This document shows positions 56,356 through 63,781 of a stretch of DNA of 64,000 bases, piece by piece. The stretch lies in assembly GCA_045634005.1 (NCBI GenBank), contig JAZQZL010000003.1, forward strand, positions 13,038-77,037, written 5' to 3'. The first letter of the stretch is position 1; every line of letters starts with the position of its first letter. The notes under the pieces were generated by a model, which did not search any database, was not told where the DNA came from, and saw nothing but the letters and a program-made list of their open reading frames with translations. Made by a program: the position numbers and the translations under genes. Source of the stretch: Candidatus Flemingiibacterium sp. Lineage in GTDB: Bacteria; Bacillota; Clostridia; Oscillospirales; CAG-272.

Positions 56356-56397
56356 TTTAGTTTACCTTACCTTTCGGTTATGATGTCTATTCAACTT

Positions 56398-56426
56398 ATT
56401 TTATCACACTTTACACCGCTTGTCAA
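56398..56426 (-). promoter_or_regulatory. Promoter for paralog A
   Basis: On the minus strand: TTGACA (56426-56421), 17-nt spacer, TAAAAT (56403-56398). Confidence 0.55.
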
Positions 56427-56440
56427 TCAAAATCAAGGTA

Positions 56441-56469
56441 TTGACATCGTCTATTTTTTATATTATAAT
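56441..56469 (+). promoter_or_regulatory. Perfect consensus promoter, with a 165-nt leader before the CE4-like gene
   Basis: TTGACA (56441-56446), 17-nt spacer, TATAAT (56464-56469). Confidence 0.65.
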
Positions 56470-56633
56470 GGACTTGCAATTGCTGCCATAGCAGCACTGT
56501 AAATGTGAGCCTATAGAGAAGGTATCTTTGCAGTTGATTTATCCATAAAGACAGTTGATTCACCCCTTGAAATCCACACCTTTAAATGATACACTTAAAG
56601 TGAATCTACCACCTTACATAAAGGAGCATTACG

Positions 56634-57956
56634 ATGACCGATATAATCATCTCCTTCGACACGGAGGATTTCACATCAAACATATCCGCTGACGCCATTT
56701 TAGAGGAGGCGCAGATACTGCGCTCTCACGGCATAAAGGGCGGCTTTCAGGTCGTAGGTCTGCTCGCAAAGCAGCTCGGCGCTTGGGGCCGCGAGGACAT
56801 TAAGGAAGAACTAAAAAATCACGAAATTTGCTTCCACTCCTACGGTCACTCGTATCACCCGACTATAAACGAATATACAGACCTCGAGGATTACGGCGAG
56901 GCTCGCCGCATACTTTGGGAAAGCGAGAGTGAGGGTGCCAAGCTCGTTCGCGATTTCTTCGGCAACGACAAGTTTTACTCAGCCTGCCCCCCCGGCAACT
57001 CTCTGAGCTACGTTGCAATGTACGCTTACGCGGATATGGACATACCGATATACGCCGGCACTAACTGTGACACGGCAGACGGTCGCGGCGTATTTTTGTG
57101 TAACGTATATCACACTGAATACTCTGTTTCCTTTGAGGAAATATCCGAGCTCGACAGCGATGAGAAAATGCGCGAGGTTCTTGACAGGCTCGCAACAAAA
57201 AAGCGTGCTATCGTCTACACTCATCCAAACAGCGCGAAGTTCCACAGCTATTGGGACCTTGTAAACTACTATAAAAAGAACATTCACGAATGGGGCGAAT
57301 GGGAAAATCCTCCGAGAAAAACAGAGGAAGAAACCGCAACATTTTACACGCGCATGAACCGCTTCATCGAGCTTATGAAGGCTGACGGCAGATTTAACAT
57401 CACCGCATACTCCGAGCTCGCAAAGCAGATCGAAAGCGAGTCCGTCAGAAAAATCACCGCTGCGGACATTCCCGCTATTCGCGAAAAGCTTCGCGCGGAG
57501 TTTGCGACCATCGAATCGCCCGTGTCGCTCTCTGTATCCGATATATTCCTTGCCTGCCGCGACATTCTTCTCGGAAATGATGATCACGTCTGCGGCAAGG
57601 TCTACGGCTTCCTTGACGAGCCTTTCGCGGCAAGTGAAGATCTTACGCTCTCCAAAGCCGACATCGTAAAATCCGCCGCAGAAATAAACGCTGACGGATT
57701 CTTGCCAACCGAAATCACCGTCGGAGGGCACAGGATCGGTCCTGCCGATTGGCTCTTTGCGGCAATGGATATCATCTGCGGCGCAGACACTGTAACCGTT
57801 ACACCGCGCGAGCAGTTACCCTCGCTCGATCCGCTTCCCTCCCTCAAGAAATCACGCTCTATGAAGGGCTGGATAAACGGCGACGACTTCGTGGACAACT
57901 ACCTTGTAAAGCGCTTAAAGCTCCAGATATGGACTATGAGATATCTCGGTGAGTAA
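56634..57956 (+). CDS. Polysaccharide-deacetylase-like (NodB/CE4-type) protein
   Basis: IIISFDTEDFT...CFHSYGHSYHP resembles the D(T/D)ED and H..H metal motifs. The call is moderate to weak. Confidence 0.8.
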   Translation: MTDIIISFDTEDFTSNISADAILEEAQILRSHGIKGGFQVVGLLAKQLGAWGREDIKEELKNHEICFHSYGHSYHPTINEYTDLEDYGEARRILWESESEGAKLVRDFFGNDKFYSACPPGNSLSYVAMYAYADMDIPIYAGTNCDTADGRGVFLCNVYHTEYSVSFEEISELDSDEKMREVLDRLATKKRAIVYTHPNSAKFHSYWDLVNYYKKNIHEWGEWENPPRKTEEETATFYTRMNRFIELMKADGRFNITAYSELAKQIESESVRKITAADIPAIREKLRAEFATIESPVSLSVSDIFLACRDILLGNDDHVCGKVYGFLDEPFAASEDLTLSKADIVKSAAEINADGFLPTEITVGGHRIGPADWLFAAMDIICGADTVTVTPREQLPSLDPLPSLKKSRSMKGWINGDDFVDNYLVKRLKLQIWTMRYLGE

Positions 57957-57961
57957 AGATT

Positions 57962-57995
57962 AAAAAGTGCCGTAAATACGGCACTTTTTGTTTTT
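57962..57995 (+). terminator. Rho-independent terminator; last element of the GC-richer core before the AT-rich island
   Basis: AAAAAGTGCCGTA aa TACGGCACTTTTT, then GTTTTT. Confidence 0.85.
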
Positions 57996-58282
57996 GTGGT
58001 GGAGGCGAGATAGCACCTTTCATTATCTCTAAAAGGGGAATATGGGTAGAGTCGCTATCCCGGCTACGATGCCCGTGATAGCGACTCTTGTCAATGCTCA
58101 TTTTACAGGATTTTCGAAGGCCATTCGAATAAAACATCCAAATCAATTCTTAAATTTTAAAAAATCTAAACTCCATCCCAAATATATGTATCATACCCTT
58201 TTATTAGTGGATATTTTTTAATTTACTGTAAACAATCCACTCAAAAAGAAGGGATTTCGGAACTTTTACCGATATTTATATA

Positions 58283-58606
58283 GTGGACACCAAAATTGAA
58301 GGAGGTACTGATTATGCACAAAACATGTTAACGGAGGGTGAGGTGCTCCGCATCCAAAACATTCTTAATGAAATTGAGAAGTGTCTCGGTCATCCGATTT
58401 CGGGAGGGATCATTGATGTATCAACCCTTAAAGATCATATACTTACCGGCGGCGAAGTGCTGCGTATTACTAACAATATCCGCAAAATTGAGAAAAGGGC
58501 TAATGTAAGTAAATTAGATTCGGCACAAATGTCGCAAATCTTTGATGAATGCGGAAATGTCAGTTGGTTCGGCGGGTACATCTCGCCTGCTATCATTTTC
58601 GAATAA
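58283..58606 (+). CDS. Small protein with an internal duplicated LT.GEVLRI.N.I..IEK motif (tail-fibre-like remnant?)
   Basis: The ORF has an alternative start at 58283 and an in-frame ATG at 58325. Repeats are LTEGEVLRIQNILNEIEK and LTGGEVLRITNNIRKIEK. Confidence 0.5.
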   Translation: MDTKIEGGTDYAQNMLTEGEVLRIQNILNEIEKCLGHPISGGIIDVSTLKDHILTGGEVLRITNNIRKIEKRANVSKLDSAQMSQIFDECGNVSWFGGYISPAIIFE

Positions 58607-58688
58607 CTAATTATATCAAGTTCAGTGTACCGTTTTTGCCCCACCACATCGTATATAATATGATCACAAATCAACGGAGGCAACTATT

Positions 58689-59150
58689 ATGAACATAACT
58701 ATTCTTTCACGCAAAGCGGCGGAGGAAATGATAAGCTCGGTTTTCCCTAAAAACACCGCTGTCATCAGCTTCTACGATCCGGAGTCAAGACACGACGCCG
58801 ACTATGCACCGGTAGATTATAAGGGCAAATGTGAACGCTACATAGGAGTATGCGTGCGTGATATCGACATTGAAATTCTCGGTGACTACGGACTTACATT
58901 TGAAACCTATCTCCCCGAGGCAAACGCCATTGCAAAATTTATTCTCTCTGCCAAGCATGATGGGCTTGACATCATATGCCAGTGCGAGTACGGTCAAAGC
59001 CGCAGTGCCGCCTGCGCTGCGGCAATAAAGGAATACTTTGAAGGCCGCGGCATCGAGATTTTCGCCGATTACAGATACTACCCGAATCAGCTTATTTTCA
59101 ACAAAATTTGGAATGCCTTAAAAGAAACCGGAGGCATCAAGCATGACTAA
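58689..59150 (+). CDS. Predicted Cys-based phosphatase-like protein (CX5R(S) P-loop, COG5350-like architecture)
   Basis: GLDIICQCEYGQSRSAACAAAI contains C-E-Y-G-Q-S-R-S, which fits CxxGxxR(S/T). The upstream VISFYDP and VRDIDIE blocks appear in the expected order. Confidence 0.65.
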   Translation: MNITILSRKAAEEMISSVFPKNTAVISFYDPESRHDADYAPVDYKGKCERYIGVCVRDIDIEILGDYGLTFETYLPEANAIAKFILSAKHDGLDIICQCEYGQSRSAACAAAIKEYFEGRGIEIFADYRYYPNQLIFNKIWNALKETGGIKHD

Positions 59151-59445
59151 AACGTATGTGTATATAGATCACTCCGGTATGGAATTTTATCTGTCCGACC
59201 GTGAGCGTACCGCGGCGGAAATGTATTGCTCTCTTTGCGAGTGCTCGGATAAGCTTATTGGCATATATGATGATGAAGAAGCGCTTGGGGCAAAGCTTGT
59301 GGATCTGTTTACCGCCGGTTATGACCTTCTTCCGTGCGACGATTATAACGAGATCAAGTACAAATACTGTCCGCCCGAGCTTCGCGAATGGGAGAAGCGC
59401 GACGATGATCCCAAAGGCTTTGAATTTAATTTTGATTTAGGATAA
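59143..59445 (+). CDS. Hypothetical 100-aa protein
   Basis: The start overlaps the upstream stop by 8 nt (ATGACTAA). It is acidic and carries a CSLCEC motif. Confidence 0.6.
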   Translation: MTKTYVYIDHSGMEFYLSDRERTAAEMYCSLCECSDKLIGIYDDEEALGAKLVDLFTAGYDLLPCDDYNEIKYKYCPPELREWEKRDDDPKGFEFNFDLG

Positions 59446-59494
59446 AATGAGTTTATTTTTATCAATAATGTTAGGATTTCGAGAGGTGGCTGAA

Positions 59495-60598
59495 ATGACG
59501 GATAATAAAAAGGCGATAGAAATGATTGACAAAATCACAAGAAAAGCTCACGGTTGCTACGTTCCCGAAATAAAAAACGCATACGAAATAATCTCAAACA
59601 GAGCAAGAGAAAGGGCGGAAGAAATATACGGTGTACCGCTACACAAGAAAATTTCAAAACGGCTGGAATGGGAGCTTGATGCAATAAAAGAGCGCCATCA
59701 CGAAATATATTTCTATATTACTGAGCAACTTGTACGTAAAACATATGAGAATGGTTACGTAATTTTCCCGTACAATGATTGGGGCGCATCGTTGGTTGCG
59801 TACTTACTTGGAATAACAGATATTAATCCTCTGCCGCTTCATTATGTTTGCGACGGCTGCAGGCACTTGGAATTCACCCACACTTGTGACGATAAGCTCT
59901 GTCCCGAATGTGGAGCTGAGCTTCGAGTTGACGGTTACGATCTTGCCATTGAAACTTTACTCGCGGACGGTAGCAGAGTACCGGATCTTCAGATAAGCAT
60001 ACCGGCAGAACTGCGGAATGAGTGCGAGGAAATATTGTGTGAAATACTTTCAAGCGAGAAGATTATACGGTGTGAGGGCGCGACAAAAAACACCGAATAT
60101 TATTACATACTTCCAAAGTCGGCAGACATTGATACCGGCAATAATACAGAGTTTCTGAACGATCATTTCATACGTATATCAATCGTAACAGATCCGCACA
60201 TTACGTTGCTTAACGAACTTAAACGACGAACGGGAATGGCGGTAGAATGCGATGTGTCTGCTGTATTTGAATCAACACGAAAAGAAGCGAGCATTTTTGC
60301 CGATGATATTATCCGTGAGCTGACCTCGCACGGTGTGCCTGCGTTTTTGGCGTACAGATTTATGAAAACGATAAAAAGAGGAGCGCTAAAACCGGGGGCG
60401 AAATACGATGGTTGGGTAGACACGCTTAGCGAGTATGGCGTGTCCACTGAGTATATTGCGTCGCTTTCAGAGATTGCATATTTGCCGACAAAGGCAGAAA
60501 CCGTTTCAAAAGCAAAAATCGAGCGTGCGCTTGCTGTGTATGACAAGCACTATGCGCAAGAATTTATGGAAGCCTGCGAGAAATACGGGGTATTGTGA
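59495..60598 (+). CDS. Miniaturised PolC-like protein (PHP-proximal segment, zinc finger, degenerate palm motif, C-terminal fingers-like segment)
   Basis: AEEIYGVPLHKKISKRLEWELDAI...GYVIFPYNDWGASLVAYLLGITDINPLPLHYVCDGCRHLEF...CPECG...VPDLQISI. The ATG at 59495 follows GAGAGGTGG; the track ORF begins at 59447. Confidence 0.7.
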   Translation: MTDNKKAIEMIDKITRKAHGCYVPEIKNAYEIISNRARERAEEIYGVPLHKKISKRLEWELDAIKERHHEIYFYITEQLVRKTYENGYVIFPYNDWGASLVAYLLGITDINPLPLHYVCDGCRHLEFTHTCDDKLCPECGAELRVDGYDLAIETLLADGSRVPDLQISIPAELRNECEEILCEILSSEKIIRCEGATKNTEYYYILPKSADIDTGNNTEFLNDHFIRISIVTDPHITLLNELKRRTGMAVECDVSAVFESTRKEASIFADDIIRELTSHGVPAFLAYRFMKTIKRGALKPGAKYDGWVDTLSEYGVSTEYIASLSEIAYLPTKAETVSKAKIERALAVYDKHYAQEFMEACEKYGVL

Positions 60599-60625
60599 TG
60601 AAAATTTATAATAAGGAGAAAAACT

Positions 60626-60829
60626 ATGGCACAAATTACAAGCAACACACGCTGCTGTGCAACCTGCGCATATTGGCTTGGCAACCACCAACCTAACCGC
60701 CTCGGATTCGTGGAGGTCAGAAGCAAAATGGACAGCGGTAGATGCGGTGCAAAAGGACTCAACGAAAGCAGAATTTATCAGGCGTCGTATTCGTGCGGTA
60801 GATATTGCAAGTGGAATGTATTGAAATAA
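60626..60829 (+). CDS. Cys-rich 67-aa protein (possible zinc ribbon)
   Basis: AAGGAGAA RBS. MAQITSNTRCCATCAYW...GRCGAKG...YSCGRYCKW. Confidence 0.6.
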   Translation: MAQITSNTRCCATCAYWLGNHQPNRLGFVEVRSKMDSGRCGAKGLNESRIYQASYSCGRYCKWNVLK

Positions 60830-60852
60830 TAAAAAAACAAGGAGAAACAACT

Positions 60853-61407
60853 ATGAAAAACAATTGGACTTTAACTGTAAAGACGTCTTTACCTAATGTC
60901 TGCGTAGATGACGCAGATCTAACAACCAGCATTACGTCATTTGAGAACTTTGAAGCGGCAAGAGATGCGATGAGGGAGGTTATTAAAAGTTTGGCATTTT
61001 CGGACAACGCTATGTTTGACGGGAATGGTCATTTAAAGAATTTAGCTCTCTATATTGAGGAAGCATTAGAAGTTGAAGCGGAGTATGACGATGCAGAATC
61101 GGATGATTCCGACTGGTTAACAAGTGCCGTGCTTCAAAGGCTTGACAAATATTTAGAGAGTGCATTTCTCGGAGAGACTGTAAAACTTGATTTCACGCAC
61201 AATAAATACGAAGACTGCTATGTTACTGCTAAAATCACAAAGAATTCTCTTAATATGCGAGGATATGGCGAAGGACCAATGAATGGAGTAAACCCACGCA
61301 TCCGTACAAACATTTTTGATATGAGCAAAGAAAAAACTATATACTGCACATTAATGATTTGTTTGGAAGCCACTGGGGTCAAGAATATAGTGCTGAGCTT
61401 TACATAG
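60853..61407 (+). CDS. Acidic hypothetical protein (184 aa); possible frameshift near its 3' end
   Basis: The ATG at 60853 follows AAGGAGAA. An A6 run lies at 61331-61336, after which the -1 frame stays open to 61433. Confidence 0.6.
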   Translation: MKNNWTLTVKTSLPNVCVDDADLTTSITSFENFEAARDAMREVIKSLAFSDNAMFDGNGHLKNLALYIEEALEVEAEYDDAESDDSDWLTSAVLQRLDKYLESAFLGETVKLDFTHNKYEDCYVTAKITKNSLNMRGYGEGPMNGVNPRIRTNIFDMSKEKTIYCTLMICLEATGVKNIVLSFT

Positions 61408-61524
61408 ATTTGGTAAAAATGGAGTTTGAATAATACTCCCTAAAAATGAATGTACCGAATTTGTCGCACGCACCTTGCGCTTTAATGGATTTTATGATAT
61501 ACTGTATTCAAAGAGGTGACTGCA

Positions 61525-62580
61525 ATGTACACTAAACAGCCGAAAAAGCTTTTGATTATGAATATCCTCGACATACTGCGCCGTTATAGCGACGCAGATC
61601 ATCGTCTCAGCCAAAGGGATATTATCGATATACTGCAAAGCGAATACAACATGGAAGCCGACCGTAAAGCGATCAAGCGTAATCTGATGAACCTGATCGA
61701 TTTCGGCTACAACCTTGAATATTCCGAAAGCATCCGCATAAACAAAAGCGGAGAAGAAGAAACAATATACACCGACTGGTACCTTGAGCGTGACTTTTCG
61801 GATGCCGAGCTTCGCCTTCTGATCGACGGTTTGCTGTTTTCAAAGCATATTCCTTACAGCCAATGCAAGGAGTTGATTGGCAAGCTCGAGGGACTGTCCA
61901 ATCAGTATTTCAAATCCAAAGTGCGACACATACGCAATCTTCCTGTTGATCAACCCCAAAATGCCGAACTTTTTTACACAATTGAGATATTAGACGAAGC
62001 CATTGAAAAAAATCGTCAGGTAACGTTCTATTATGCGGATTATGGGACAGACAAAAAATTGCATCCGCGCAACAACCGCAAAGGCGAACCACGCGAATAT
62101 CTTGTAAATCCTTACCAGATGGTAGCAACCAACGGCAGATACTATTTGATCGGCAATTATGAAAGTCACGATAATATATCCCATTACAGACTCGATCATA
62201 TTCGGAATATCAAACTGCTTGACACTACCGCCAAGCCCCCAAACAAGGTTGAAGGAATGGAGAACGGGCTTGATCTTCCGAAACATATGGCGGAGCATAT
62301 CTATATGTTTTCGGGAAAAAGTGAGCGGGTAATTCTGCGTACTTCCCCCGGCATGGCAGGTGAGTTGATCGATTGGTTTGGGAATGGAGTAACATTCAGC
62401 GATGAAACTGAGGATTCAGTTGTAGCAACTGTCATCGCAAGCATTCCGGCGATGAGATTTTGGGCGCTGCAGTATGCGCCGTATGTAACGGTGCTGGCAC
62501 CGCAGAGCTTGGTGGATGTGGTGAAAGCGGATTTGGAAGTGGCTAGGAGAAAGTATAAGGAGGAAACAAAGAATGAGTAA
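61525..62580 (+). CDS. wHTH-WYL-WCX transcriptional regulator (BrxR/CapW-like architecture)
   Basis: The N-terminal wHTH is LIMNILDILRRYSDADHRLSQRDIIDIL. The WYL core is QVTFYYADYG...REYLVNPYQMVATNGRYYLIGNYESHDNISHYRLDHIRNIKLL. The C-terminal part is RFWALQYAPYVTVLAPQSL. Confidence 0.85.
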   Translation: MYTKQPKKLLIMNILDILRRYSDADHRLSQRDIIDILQSEYNMEADRKAIKRNLMNLIDFGYNLEYSESIRINKSGEEETIYTDWYLERDFSDAELRLLIDGLLFSKHIPYSQCKELIGKLEGLSNQYFKSKVRHIRNLPVDQPQNAELFYTIEILDEAIEKNRQVTFYYADYGTDKKLHPRNNRKGEPREYLVNPYQMVATNGRYYLIGNYESHDNISHYRLDHIRNIKLLDTTAKPPNKVEGMENGLDLPKHMAEHIYMFSGKSERVILRTSPGMAGELIDWFGNGVTFSDETEDSVVATVIASIPAMRFWALQYAPYVTVLAPQSLVDVVKADLEVARRKYKEETKNE

Positions 62581-63781
62581 TTGTGGATTTAAAATCGAAC
62601 AATCCCTTACACAAGTAAAAGCAGAACAGGACCTACTTGAGTTATGGTCAATGGCACACCATTCAGAATTAGATACAAGCTATTTAAATGATAATATACC
62701 CAAAGATATGTTCTTGCCAGATGGAATTATTGATTCTGACAAATTCGCAAAGAGTAACTTAAAAGTATTATTCATTGCTAAAGAAGCAAATTGGTTTCAA
62801 TCAGATTCTAAAATTTCTGCAAATGAAAAATCCGGATCTATGTTTTGGCATAGAGAGGTGGCTTTAGGAAATGTTAATAAAACAAATTTTTCCTATCGAA
62901 TTGCTATGTTAGCAAACGCCATTATGTCAGCTGATACCGATAATTATTCTGTCGTTAATAAGAACCACGATATACTGCAATCTGTTGCATTTATAAACCT
63001 TAACAAGCGAGGAGGATATGCTTACTGCGTATGGGATGCGCTTAGCAGCTATGTAAATAAATATCAGGATTTTATTCGTTGTCAAATAAATATGATTGCA
63101 CCAGACCTGATAGTTTGCTGCGGATATGACGTGAAATGGTTATTAGATGAATATAAACTTGCACCAAACTGCCGAAATATGATATGGGTATATCATCCAA
63201 GCTATTTTGCAATTTCTGATACAGATTATTTAAATCAGTTGAAATGTGCAATGCGTGGAGAAAACTGGACTCCTTCGCATTTGTATGGTGCAGAAACAAA
63301 AATGGGGCTGCCTAAAACTAAAGGAATAATATTTGATACAAACAAAACGTATAGCCCGACTTCCACAATGGACATGCTGTTAAGTAATAAAGTCAGTGCC
63401 TATGATGATAAAGCGCATCTCGTAGACAGTTTTAATTTAGGTGATTACGTCTTTTTTTCAGTAAAAGGTACGGGCGTAGTGGCTGCAGGAAAAATTATTT
63501 CTGATACGGAAGAGAAACAGCATCCGAGAGGTCTTTACGAAAAATTCAAAGTTGTTGATTTTATAGTTCCAGAAGCACAGCAAATCCCACACGGCGAGGA
63601 TAAATTGCAAGGATTGTCGTGGAAAGAAATCATTTTTGAACTTGGACACGATTTCTATAAGTCGCGAACAGATAAGCGTCCATATTTAAACGAAAATGAA
63701 TGCATCAAGCTAATTGAAGCTTTGAAAAAACTAAATAATCACCAACTTTGTGGAACAGATTGGAGGACAAATAATGACTAA
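62573..63781 (+). CDS. Fusion protein: N-terminal UDG-superfamily-like fold + C-terminal PUA-like (EVE/ASCH-like) barrel
   Basis: The start overlaps the regulator's stop by 8 nt (ATGAGTAA) and AAGGAGG lies 9 nt upstream. Ordered motifs are KVLFIAKEANWF, AFINLNKRGG, DLIVCCGYDV and WVYHPSYF. The C-terminus is GDYVFFSVKGTGVVAAGKI...KFKVVDFIVPE. Confidence 0.6.
   Translation: MSNCGFKIEQSLTQVKAEQDLLELWSMAHHSELDTSYLNDNIPKDMFLPDGIIDSDKFAKSNLKVLFIAKEANWFQSDSKISANEKSGSMFWHREVALGNVNKTNFSYRIAMLANAIMSADTDNYSVVNKNHDILQSVAFINLNKRGGYAYCVWDALSSYVNKYQDFIRCQINMIAPDLIVCCGYDVKWLLDEYKLAPNCRNMIWVYHPSYFAISDTDYLNQLKCAMRGENWTPSHLYGAETKMGLPKTKGIIFDTNKTYSPTSTMDMLLSNKVSAYDDKAHLVDSFNLGDYVFFSVKGTGVVAAGKIISDTEEKQHPRGLYEKFKVVDFIVPEAQQIPHGEDKLQGLSWKEIIFELGHDFYKSRTDKRPYLNENECIKLIEALKKLNNHQLCGTDWRTNND

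Noticed and set aside
57934-58146. 70-aa minus-strand ORF spanning the island boundary
   Set aside because: It overlaps the 3' end of the CE4-like gene and runs through its terminator hairpin. It has no RBS.
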